DNA from: Mantamonas sphyraenae STR306
Lineage: Eukaryota; Protista; CRuMs
Reading direction: 5' to 3'
Length of the DNA stretch: 64,000 bases
Assembly: GCA_026936335.1 (NCBI GenBank)
Contig: JAPMXV010000009.1
Span: forward strand, 248,001-312,000
A program made the translations under genes and the position numbers. This document shows, one piece after another, positions 25,475 to 35,309 of this stretch. The stretch's first letter is position 1. Each line of letters begins with the position of its first letter. The notes beneath the pieces are model-generated. The model was not told the DNA's origin, made no database searches, and saw only the letters and a list, made by a program, of their open reading frames with translations.

Positions 25475-26758
25475 ATGAGTGGATTTGATGTGGACAGCAT
25501 CGGCAACATGAAAGTGGCGGAACTGAGAGCGCAGCTGAAGGAGGTTGGGGAGAGCACAAGCGGGCGCAAGGCCGAATTGGCGGAACGTCTGCGGGAGTAC
25601 TACGCAAACGCTGGGGGCGAGGACGAAAGCGGAGGCGAGGATGAGGAGGACGCAATGGAGGAGGTAGAGGAGAAGGAGGGAAAGACAGTGGACGGTGGGG
25701 CGGAGGAGAAGACAGAGGGGACGGCGAAGAAGCGGGGCCGAGAGGAGATGGAAGAAGAGGGAGCGGAGGTGGGGTCGGGGACGTCGCCTGCCGAGGCAGC
25801 AGAGGCAGAGGCGGACGCAGTAGAGGGTGGAGAGGGCGCAAGTGCAGGAGATGCAGACGATGATTTGCTGAGTGGAGGCGTGGAGGAGCCAGAGAGCAAG
25901 CGTGCGCGTGTGGAAGACGAAAGCGTCGACAGCAGCAAGGGAAGCGAGAGCAGCAGTAGCAGCGGAAGCAAGGCGGAGATGGAGTCGAGCGTAGCCGTGG
26001 CAGTTGAAGCAGAGGCGGCGACGGCAACGTCGTCGTCATCGGAAGCAGCACATGCGAACGAGGGAGTGGAGGAAGGTGGGAAAGCTGCAGAGGGAGACGT
26101 GGTGGACGAGAGCGGCGGCAACGAAGCGACGGTGGTGCTTGTGGAGGGTCTGAAGAGGCCGTTCAAGGTGCCCAAGCTGCACACGACTCTGCAGGAGGAA
26201 GGAAAGTTTGGCGAGTTTTGGATGAACAGCATCAAGTCGACGGCGCTGGCGTACTTTGAGTCGACGAGTGTGGCGGCAGCTGTGGCGGAGCGGTTGAACG
26301 GCAAACAGTGGCCTGACGCGCTGGGTGGAGAGCTGAGTGTGCGCACAGTGAGCAAGGAGGATGCAGAGGACGTAAAGGCAGGCAAGCCTGTGCTGACGGC
26401 GGAGGAAAAGGCGGCAGCGGCGGAGGCGGAGGCGGCGAAGCAGCGGCGGAAGGAGGAGCGGGAGAAGCGACGTGCAGAGAAGGAGGCAGCAAAGGAGGCG
26501 GCACGAGAGAAGGCGCAGGAGGAGGAGGCGTCGAGGGTGGTGCACAGGGTGAGTCTGAACAAGCTTGCCGAGGAAAAGGGTGTCGAAGTGGGCACAAAGT
26601 CGCAGGAGGGCGATGCGGTGCAGGCAGAGGAGAAGCCGGCCAAAGAAGAGAAGCCTGTGAGGCCGCTGTCTGAGCTGTTCCGTCTGACGACGGCGGAGCC
26701 GCGGTTGTACTGGTTGGGAAACAAGGCGTACGAAGAAGGCAAGGGCAAACGGTGGTGA
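25475..26758 (+). CDS. Acinus-like protein (SAP domain + RRM + RSB motif)
   Basis: SAP MKVAELRAQLKEVGESTSGRKAELAERL; RRM VEGLKRPF..FWMNSIKSTALAYF..LNGKQWP; RSB-like LFRLTTAEPRLYWL. Confidence 0.85.
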   Translation: MSGFDVDSIGNMKVAELRAQLKEVGESTSGRKAELAERLREYYANAGGEDESGGEDEEDAMEEVEEKEGKTVDGGAEEKTEGTAKKRGREEMEEEGAEVGSGTSPAEAAEAEADAVEGGEGASAGDADDDLLSGGVEEPESKRARVEDESVDSSKGSESSSSSGSKAEMESSVAVAVEAEAATATSSSSEAAHANEGVEEGGKAAEGDVVDESGGNEATVVLVEGLKRPFKVPKLHTTLQEEGKFGEFWMNSIKSTALAYFESTSVAAAVAERLNGKQWPDALGGELSVRTVSKEDAEDVKAGKPVLTAEEKAAAAEAEAAKQRRKEEREKRRAEKEAAKEAAREKAQEEEASRVVHRVSLNKLAEEKGVEVGTKSQEGDAVQAEEKPAKEEKPVRPLSELFRLTTAEPRLYWLGNKAYEEGKGKRW

Positions 26759-26870
26759 AGTGTGCTTTGGATTGAAATGATTGCAGTTTGTTCATTGTGT
26801 ATCGAGTGGTCGTGTGAGGTTGAGGTAGGTGCATGTGCGTGTGTGTTTGTGTGTGTGTGTGTGCGACAGA

Positions 26871-27561
26871 TCAAAAGTCGCGATGGGGCTTGGCCCAGCC
26901 CAGACGAGCCTCCATGACCTGGTGCATGTCGACGCTCTCCTCCTCTTCCTTCTCTTCAGGGTTGCCGAGGAAGTCCTCGTAGTCAATGTCTGTGTCCTTG
27001 CCGAGGAGGGTTTCAAGGCCGAGAAACTCGCTCTTGATGCCCGGGAGGCGCTGGCACTTTGCGACCATGGTCTGCTCGAGCATAAGGCGCTGCGGGAAGT
27101 GGTTGCCATACATGCGTGCAAGAGTGGTTGCACGTGACTTGGACTTCTGGTTGGACTGCTGTGGGTTTGTGGTTTTGCAATGGCGAGTGAGCGGAAAGTG
27201 GCGAAGCGAGGGAAGAGGGAAGCGGACGGAGGCACGATGAACGGGTCGGAAAACGGCATTGACGGGCTGGTTGGGCGATGGCCAATGACCAGAGACGGGG
27301 AGAACGCAAACGGAGAACGGGAGAAAGGGCGCAGGTAATGGCACGGCCGCGGAAAGGAGGGAGCGGGGAGAGGTTGGACGGAGGGAGGGGATTGGTGGGC
27401 AGAGATTCCGTCGGGCGTGGGCAAGGCGCGGTAGGACGCCGATGGGTCGAGAGTGGACGTACCTCCTTGAGCTGCTCAATCGGGTGCTTGGGTGCCGTCT
27501 GGTGGTAGAAGCTTTGGAATCCCTCACGCAGAGTGTCGTGGGATTCACGCAACACAGGCAT
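26871..27561 (-). CDS. POMP: Proteasome maturation factor POMP/Ump1; exons 27561-27463 and ~27158-26871
   Basis: HDTLREG..HPIE, then MYGNHFPQRLMLE..RLPGIKSEFLGLETLLGKDTDIDYEDFL; GTACGT donor and NAGNAG acceptor. Confidence 0.9.
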
Positions 27562-27831
27562 GGAAGCGCCAGTGGAGCTCTGCAGGTAAGGAGGTGGGCA
27601 GAAGAGAGAGTGTGGGAATGGGTTGTAGATTGGACCAAGAGTGGTGTGTGAGCGGCATGCTGCTGGCGGGTAGGGGCGTGGAAGGTGCGGACAGCAGAGG
27701 GAACTGACCATTTTTGTGGAGAGGAGTTTGCTGTGTGTGTGTGCGCGGGCGAGGGCAATTTCATCGAACAGCAGAAGCAAAGAGAGTGCACTCCCCATCC
27801 GACAGACTACGAATCTATCAAACACAAGTGC

Positions 27832-29244
27832 ATGAGCTCAACACGTACGGAATCGGACCCACGCAACGAGAAGGAGTGGAGCAGAAAGGACTACCAGCGT
27901 CTGCGGCTGCTGGGCACAGGGTCACAAGGGCGTGTGTACCTGGTGCGCAACAAACACACAGGAGACCTTTTTGCGATGAAGCAGGTGCCCAAGGGCATCG
28001 TGGCGGCGCATCAAAAGGCTCTGGAGGCGCTTGCAAGCGAACGCAACCTGCTGGCCATTGCCGACCATCCGCTGATCACGACGCTGTACCACTGCTTCCA
28101 CGACGACAAGTGGGTGTACTTTGTGATGGAGGCGTGCTTGGGCAACGAGTTTTTCGACCTGCTGAACGAGCAACCGTACGGGCGGCTGGCGGAGGCGGAC
28201 CTGCGCTTCTACGCAGCGGAGATCCTGCTTGCACTGGAGTATGTGCACGCGCTGGGGTTTGTGTACCGCGACCTCAAGCCCGAGAACATCCTGCTTCAGG
28301 ACAACGGGCACATCCGGCTGGCCGATTTTGGCCTGTGCAAGCAGGCTGAGGACGACACGCTGGGAGTGACCATTACGGCAGCCGCAGCAGACAACATCCG
28401 CGTGTCGACGACCGTGCTGACGCGTGCCAACTCGTTTGTGGGCACACGCAATTACATGGCGCCCGAGACAGTGGAGGGCAAGGGCACAGACTCGATTGCG
28501 GACTGGTGGTCGTACGGCGTGCTCCTGTTTGACGTTGTGTGTGGTCTGCCGCCGTTCACGGGCTCCAACCCACACAAGGTGATGCGCAGGATTCTGAGTG
28601 GCGAGTTTGTGTTTCCTCTGGATGTGGAACTGAGCATGGAGCTGTGCGACCTGATCCGACAGCTGCTCGTGGTGGATCCGACGCAGAGGCTGGGGTACGA
28701 GAACGGGGCGGCGGATATCAAGGCGCACCCGTGGTTCAAGGGGGTCACATGGGCGCTTGTGCCGAACGACGTGCCGCCTTTTGTGCCCACGGCACTGGAT
28801 GTGGAGGACGAAGATGAATGGGACGAATTCGACGACGAAGAGATCGAGGTGATTGTGGAGGGGACGGCAGAGACGGGTCTGGGCAGCAGCGGGAAGGAGG
28901 ACACGGTGAAAGCGGACAAAGACGACGGGAAGGCGGAGCTGCGGTCGCGCCGAATCGCATCGAGCAGCATCACGGCCGTGTTGATCCAGGATCTGGAAAA
29001 CGCAGAGAAGGAGTGGATAGAGGTGGAGAAGATGAAGGAGATGGAGGAAGCAGACGCAGACGAGGAGCAGGAAGACCCGTTTGACAAGTTTGACTTTCAC
29101 ATCGAGGCCATCCGGTACACGACGCCGAGTGTGCCGACGCAGTCGCTGGATCATCTGCGCTCGCAGAGCGTGAGTTCGGACAGCTTCCGCATGGGCGACG
29201 ACGAGGAGGGAGAAGGTGAAGAAGGAGAGGAGAGTGCTACGTAA
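27832..29244 (+). CDS. AGC-family Ser/Thr kinase (Fpk1/Kin82/Nrc-2/phototropin-kinase-like)
   Basis: LGTGSQGRV, FAMK, YRDLKPEN, DFG plus insert, ANSFVGTRNYMAPE, DWWSYG, IKAHPWF, PPFVP. Confidence 0.9.
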   Translation: MSSTRTESDPRNEKEWSRKDYQRLRLLGTGSQGRVYLVRNKHTGDLFAMKQVPKGIVAAHQKALEALASERNLLAIADHPLITTLYHCFHDDKWVYFVMEACLGNEFFDLLNEQPYGRLAEADLRFYAAEILLALEYVHALGFVYRDLKPENILLQDNGHIRLADFGLCKQAEDDTLGVTITAAAADNIRVSTTVLTRANSFVGTRNYMAPETVEGKGTDSIADWWSYGVLLFDVVCGLPPFTGSNPHKVMRRILSGEFVFPLDVELSMELCDLIRQLLVVDPTQRLGYENGAADIKAHPWFKGVTWALVPNDVPPFVPTALDVEDEDEWDEFDDEEIEVIVEGTAETGLGSSGKEDTVKADKDDGKAELRSRRIASSSITAVLIQDLENAEKEWIEVEKMKEMEEADADEEQEDPFDKFDFHIEAIRYTTPSVPTQSLDHLRSQSVSSDSFRMGDDEEGEGEEGEESAT

Positions 29245-29352
29245 GGGGAGTGGGGCAGGAGGGTGTGTCTGGTCCATTTTGTGGACGGAAGCGAGATCAA
29301 TCGTGTGGAGTTGCAGTTGCGCGGGTGCTCCCATCGAAAAGAACAAAACAGA

Positions 29353-30124
29353 ATGTAGGTTGCAAATCCGTGTGCAGGAGGGGAGAGCGTGTGTGTGTAT
29401 GTTTCGAACGGCACAGATGGCTGACACATGCGTGCCTGGTTGGGCGTTGCATCATCACAGGCAGAACGATCAGGGCAAGTTGCAGGCGAGCGGGGAGAAC
29501 GCAATTTCGCGTGGAGAGTGTTTCTTTTGCCTGGGCGTTGGCCCGGATGGAGGCGGTGTAGAGGTGGACGTGCATGCGGAGGAGGAGGAGATGGGTTGTA
29601 GGGATGCATGGGTAGGGCTGTGAAGGGCAGCAGTGGTGTGGCAGAGGTAGAAAAAGGGACCAAAAGGCGGCGGCGAATGCGTGGAGGGGAAAAACCAAGC
29701 GAGGAGAGGAAAACGAAGCTGACACAGAGACGCACGGCTTGCGGAACGACGGGATGGGTCTGCGCACGCACCATGTGGGGTGTTTACGGTACAGGAGAAC
29801 TTGTTGAGAAGTACATTCCGAGGTGCGTATGAGTCGAGAGGCGGGGCGAGGGAACGCATGCATGCGCTTTTTGGCGAGGGCGACGGAGAGGCGTGCAGGC
29901 GGACACTGACACGTGTGTACAGGAAGTGCTCGGCCACACAGAACTTGATCACCGCCAAGGACCACGCTTCGGTGCAGATCAACATCGGCAAGGTGGAGAA
30001 CGGCCTGTACACTGGCGAGTTTGAGACCATTGCTCTGTGCGGCTTCATCCGCACCAAGGGCGACAGCGACGAGGCTGTGAACCACCTCGCCACCGAGCTG
30101 GGCCTCTGCTCCAACGTTGTTTAA
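29353..30124 (+). CDS. RPS21: 40S ribosomal protein S21 (eS21); exons ..29353-29354, 29461-29474, 29795-29822, 29923-30124
   Basis: Spliced product [47 protein letters not shown] matches the eS21 consensus. Confidence 0.92.
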
Positions 30125-30257
30125 GCACAGCAGAGCCTTTGGGGCATCTCGACTGTCACTGAGGCAGAGCGAGAGGGCACAAACCTTGCAATGAATGGAT
30201 GTTCAAATTCCACCCCATAGTTTGTATTGGTGATCCCCCACCATTGTCGCTGTTCAA

Positions 30258-32303
30258 TCAATCCGAATCCGAGTCGTCCGAGTCGTCGGAGCCGTCCTCA
30301 ACGTTTGCGTTGAGCCAGATGTTGATCTCGTTGAGGAGGGTGAGTGCAGCCTGACGGTTGTGGCCACGGGCCTGGGACTTGAGCTGGTCCATGATCTCAG
30401 TGAGGACCGGGTAGCCAAGGGAGCCGCCAATACCCTTGAGGGCATGGGCCTCCTGGAAGACGGCGTCCCAGTCTTCGTTGCCTTCGTCCTCGATGGCGGC
30501 GCTCATGGTTCCCAGGCCGACTTCGAGATTGCCGAGGAACTGCAGCTTCATGGCACCCATCATGAGCTGCATCTCAGCCTGCTGCGAGTCGACTGCGCTC
30601 ATGTTGCCATGCTCGTCATTGTCCAGGAGGGATGCGGAGAGCTTGTCGTTGATGTGTGCAAACAGATTGGCCTCCTCGTCGACCTGCAGGCCCTCGAGAA
30701 AATCCTGCAGGGAAGCTACAGCCTGTTCGACAAGGGTTGCGTTCTGGTCAGCGGCCTGGTTGCGGATGACGGCGCTGATGGTTGTGACCTGGTCGAAGCC
30801 AAGCATCTTGCCGACGCCCTTCATGACGTGTGCTCGCTTGTAGATGGTGTCAAAGTCGACGGGATCGGACGCAAGGGCGTTTACAATGAGGTCTGTGTCG
30901 TGTTTGACGTCCTCGATGAAGCGGGCCTTCATGAGGAGGATGGCTGGGCGGAGCTGTGCCTCCTCGTCGTTGACGGGAGACGCAGGCGTGCCTGCTTCGA
31001 CGTTGCCCATGTCCAAGTTGCTGAAATCTACACTGCCAAACCCGATGGTGTTGGCGTACTCCTCGGTGACCATATCGTCGCCGTCTACATCGTCCGTGTC
31101 GTCTGCGTCCACCTGCTCCTGTTGAACAATAGTGTGCAGGTCGCCGATGAGGGCTTCGCATGCAGACGCATCTTCCTCTGCAGCGGCGTCCTTAAGGCTC
31201 TTGCACAGGGTGCGGATGTTGGAGGAGTGCAGGTGGCCGCCGATGCCGCCGAGGGTGTGAGCCAGCTTGCGAATGCCTGCAAAGTCGCCTGCGTCGAGCT
31301 TGTCACGGAGAGCGGCCACGTCGCGTGCGAGGTCACCCTTGAACTTGTCACGGATGGCACCGATGATAGTGCTCATGTCCATGGAGGCCATTTGTTGGCC
31401 TGGCTTGGAGGAGGAGGATGCGGAGGAGGAGGAGGCTGCGTTTGCCGGCTCGTGGTCCATCATCTGTTCCTGCTCGAGCTGCTTGGCGTCAGCGCTGTTG
31501 GCGACGTTGCCGAGGCTGGCCATGAGGGCATCGCCCAAGCCGTCGAGCTGGTTGCCTGCGTTGTTTTTGTCCAGAAGGGCGCGGATGGGATCTTTGAGCT
31601 TGGAAGGGTCTTCCGGGTCGATTGGTTTGCACACGACTCCGTCGAAGCCCAGGCTCATGAGGCGCTTGACTTCAGAGTCCTCGTCGCCATCTCCAGTCAG
31701 GGCTGCAGTGTGTAGAGATGCGGGTGTGGATTGTTAGTGGTGGTGTTGGGGGTGGTGGTGGCAGGGCCGAGTTGGCAGGCGTGGAAGAACGAGGTGGAAG
31801 TTTTTGTGCCACTGACCAAGAATCGGCATTGCCGCGGTTTGCTCGGCCTCGCGCAGCTTGACGACAACCTCGTCGCCGTTCATCTCGTCCATGTAGATGT
31901 CGAGGAGGAGCAGGTCAAAGTCTTCCTCGTCTGCGGATGCGGGAGGGCAAAGGGGGCCATGTGAGCAAGGGAATAGGAGAGAGCAGCCATGGAAGGAAAA
32001 AGAGGGGCGGTGGAGGGGACCCGAGACGTGAACAACAAGAAGGACATACCTTCCAGCAAGGTTTCCAGCACCTCGGGACCATCGTCGACAGTCTCCACCT
32101 GGTACTCGTCGCTGAGGATCATCTTGACGAAGAAGTGGATCTCGGGACGATCATCCGCAAGGAGGATCTTTTTGGTCATCGCGAGCGGTGGGTTGTGCTG
32201 GTGGCTGAAGCGTGGGCTGTGCCTGAGAGGCGACGAGACATGCGGAGCATGGCGATTGCTACTACCCTTGCGGCTGCTTGTGGTACTTGCAGATGTGCTT
32301 GTA

Positions 32304-32334
<31 letters not shown>

Positions 32335-33067
32335 CTGAGCTGCAGCTGTTGGTAGTGCACTCGTCGTCGGCTGCGGCGGATCGAGTGCGAAGCAGAGCCT
32401 GCAAAGTCAACGCCATGCCCTTGCCTCCGAGAGCTTGGACATCTGCAAGGTGTGCCCTCCTGAGTGTTTCTTCCTCCTCGTCCAGCGTCGAGTTGTTGGA
32501 ATATGCACGTGGACGGGAAATGTCAAAGTGAGCGCGCGCGTCACGCAGCTCGTCGCTTTCGTTGATGACAAGGCCGGATACGGGCCCGTCAGAGGAGTAG
32601 CTCCGCGGAGATATACCTCGCGGGCTGGTTTTGTACAGTTCCAGTGCAGCTTCCCATTCGCGGTACTCCTTGGCCGTGTCCAGGTCGATGCGCTCGTAGG
32701 GGAGGCGGGTGCCCAAACTTTTTGTGCGGCTGGAGGCCGCTGGAAAGTTGCGTTTATCCGACGGAGTGCTGCTGCTACTGCTGCTGGCAGCACTGCGCTG
32801 TTCGTTGCGGTCGTGGATGGAGAGAGTAGCCAGTCGCCGTCGTACACTGCGAGACTCGTGGTCCAGGGGCGTGTCAAATTCGGGAGCACCTGGACGCTGG
32901 GGCGGTTCGTCGAAGATCCGTGTTGGGCGTTCCAGGCCCCTTTTCTGCCGCGGCGATTCACGAAAGTCGTGCTGGATGTATGCCTCGTCATTGTCACCGC
33001 CGCCTTCATCCTCTTCCTCGTGTGGCTCACGGTAATTTTGGAACGCATCGTCTGCGTCCAACTCCAT
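30258..33067 (-). CDS. Two-component phosphorelay protein: low-complexity N-terminus + receiver (REC) domain + three HPt domains; exons 33067 (or 32179)-32050, 31930-31817, 31702-30258
   Basis: REC KILLADD..DLLLLDIYMDEMNG..ILALTG..GFDGVVCKPI; HPt motifs AHTLGGIGGHL, AHVMKGVGKML, AHALKGIGGSLG. Confidence 0.85.
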
Positions 33068-33219
33068 TGCGAACCACACAAAACCAAGCGCACAGAATAT
33101 TTTTGTGCGTTGGGGGCACAGGAGACAGCCAACACAGGTGGAGGGACCAAGGGCGACAGAAACAGCACCACAGCACATACACCTCACGACGATGAAGAGT
33201 GTTCATTTGAGTGGGGCCT

Positions 33220-34203
33220 TCAGTGGAATCGGGCGAGGGCCGGAGGCACAGGGAAGGCAGTCTTTTTGGGAGGATTCTGGGCACGGTAGAGAGTAAGGGT
33301 CATGGTCATGGTAGGTCGGATGGTGAGGATGAGGAAAGCCATGTGGATGCCCGTGCGGATGATGCTCGTGCCGCTGACCCGAGCCAACTCGGGGCAGTCT
33401 GTGCCTGGTGGGCAGCGCTCGACGCTGAGGGTGTACTGGTTGATGGCGCTGATAATATTGAGGGACATGATGATTGCGCACAGGCCATTGACAGCAAAGA
33501 GGATGAGCAGCAAGCGGTACGACCAGCCTGTGGACCTGCGGAAGCGGAACACCACGAGCATCCCGCACACAATGGCGCTGAGAATATAATAGTAGACGTC
33601 TGCGTCGATGACGAAGGAAGTGGCAGTGATCGAAGCGTGAATCCCACACGCGAGTGTGACCAACTGTGTCGTAAACGGTCGTGGGCGTGTCAGAGCGAAG
33701 GGAGAAAGGGGGGTGGCCAGCGTCGGTGGACGAGTACACGGCAGGAGAGCATGGGAGCGCAGGTGGCAGCTGGGCACTGGAATGGATTGCACCTGCGCAC
33801 GATATTCATCGTGAAGGCGCAGGCGGAACGGCAGTGTGTGCAGAAGAGAGGGAGGGGAAACGAGAAAGGAAGGGCCGGCAAAACAACGGCTTGCAAAACC
33901 CGTTGTGTTCTGGATGGGTGTGCGTTTGGCCGTCGCCCAGGCAGGCATGGGCGGGCAGAAGGCCGTCGCAAAACAACGTACGACATTGAGTACGTTTGCT
34001 CCTACGAACACCACCGATGGTTGCTGCAGCAGGGTCTTGTCAGAGGCATCGTAGGTGGCCGAATCGTCTTGCGTGGGCGGGTTCGCTTGAAACGGGGAAA
34101 CGGCGGGGCCAAAGTTGGTGCCGCGGTAGTGAGCACGCATGGGCGATGCTCGCTCCTGCGAACCCAGCAGCATAGCAGAGGATGATGAGGATGATGATGC
34201 CAT
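33220..34203 (-). CDS. Uncharacterised small multi-pass membrane protein (probable intron ~33981-33664)
   Basis: ATG at 34203; about four hydrophobic segments (YYYILSAIVCGMLVVF, LLLILFAVNGLCAIIMSLNII); GTACGT donor and cacag acceptor in frame. Confidence 0.5.
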   Translation of the reverse strand: MASSSSSSSAMLLGSQERASPMRAHYRGTNFGPAVSPFQANPPTQDDSATYDASDKTLLQQPSVVFVGANVLNVVRCFATAFCPPMPAWATAKRTPIQNTTGFASRCFAGPSFLVSPPSLLHTLPFRLRLHDEYRAQVQSIPVPSCHLRSHALLPCTRPPTLATPLSPFALTRPRPFTTQLVTLACGIHASITATSFVIDADVYYYILSAIVCGMLVVFRFRRSTGWSYRLLLILFAVNGLCAIIMSLNIISAINQYTLSVERCPPGTDCPELARVSGTSIIRTGIHMAFLILTIRPTMTMTLTLYRAQNPPKKTAFPVPPALARFH

Positions 34204-34408
34204 TGAAACAGCTGGGAGCGGCAACGAAGAACGGTTGGGTGGTGCTGTGCAGAGAGTTCTTGGCCAACAACCAAGCGTGGTCGGGAACAAAAGGAACAAG
34301 AGACCGGCGAAACCATACTCAAGACTCAAGGTGGTTGCCGATGGCGACTGGGACAACAGCGATGAGTGGCGATGGGGTTCGCAAAAGCGAGCTTTTGTTG
34401 GCGTTGGA

Positions 34409-35202
34409 TCAAGCAGGCTGCTCGAACTTCTTCGGGCCGCCACACTTGACGTTGGCGCAGTTGACGTACACGTGGTGGCACTCGAGCATGGCATGCTTGT
34501 TGGTGAAAAACATGTTTTCGCTGTCGGGACACGGAAAGATGGCGTCAGTAAATGCGCGTTGGCGTGCACGTGCGTATGGCAGGGAGCGGGGTCACAAAGG
34601 TGTGCAACGGGTTGGACTTGCAGCAACGGGAGCGCCTGCCCAAGCGGTGGACATGCAGGGCATCCCATCAAGCTGCCAGACGAGGAAAGAGGGCAAACGG
34701 CGGAATCGACCCGGCAACGCACTAGTTCTGGCAGGAGGCGCGTTCCTGGACCAAGTCGTTGTAGCACTTGGTCAGGCAGGCCCGCTTCTGCGGGAGCTCC
34801 AGCTTGATCTTGGTCACAGGAGCCTCGTGCCATTCGTCGTCGTCAGAGAGGCGCTCGACGTGGTCGTTCACGTCGTCGCTCTCAGACTCGGCCGGACTGC
34901 GAGACACCACGGCGAACAGCGGGAAAGGGGGAGTGCCCAAAGAGGGACGGGGAGGAGCAGGGGTGCAAGAGACCACATCACGGCGCAATGCGAGGACAGT
35001 AGAGGTCGGTGAGACAGCGAACGGGAGGGTCAGCGCGTGGAGAAAGAAGCGGGACAAAAAAAACACCCAAACGCAGGCGAGCGGGTTTCACGGGCACGCA
35101 CATGAGCTGGCCCATGCCTGCGTAAAAGTTGGACGCAGACACGGCGTAACAGCAGGCCAGGAGCAGGACGGCGACCAGGATGGACGCAGAGAGCTTGGCC
35201 AT
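34409..35202 (-). CDS. Secreted cysteine-rich prepro-peptide, 128 aa; exons 35202-35102, 34896-34723, 34520-34409
   Basis: Signal peptide MAKLSASILVAVLLLACCYAVSA; two phase-consistent GTGCGT..CAG introns give 387 nt ending in TGA; acidic pro-region, KR, 6-Cys domain. Confidence 0.7.
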
Positions 35203-35309
35203 GGTTGTTTTTGGTTTTGGTGTTTTGTGTATTGGAAAGGTGTGGGTGAGACGAGGCGTGGTGATCGAAGGCGACCAAAGGGGCAATCTGCATGTTTGCA
35301 TTGGACTGT

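Noticed and set aside
7159-29244. Flippase plus Fpk1-like kinase as a functional cluster
   Set aside because: They are about 16 kb apart with unrelated genes between, the kinase subfamily is not established, and I saw no RxSLD/E target motif in the flippase.
29475-29794. Possible intronic snoRNA in the long RPS21 intron
   Set aside because: No convincing C box (RTGATGA)/D box pair or H/ACA structure by eye; an Infernal/snoscan search would be needed.
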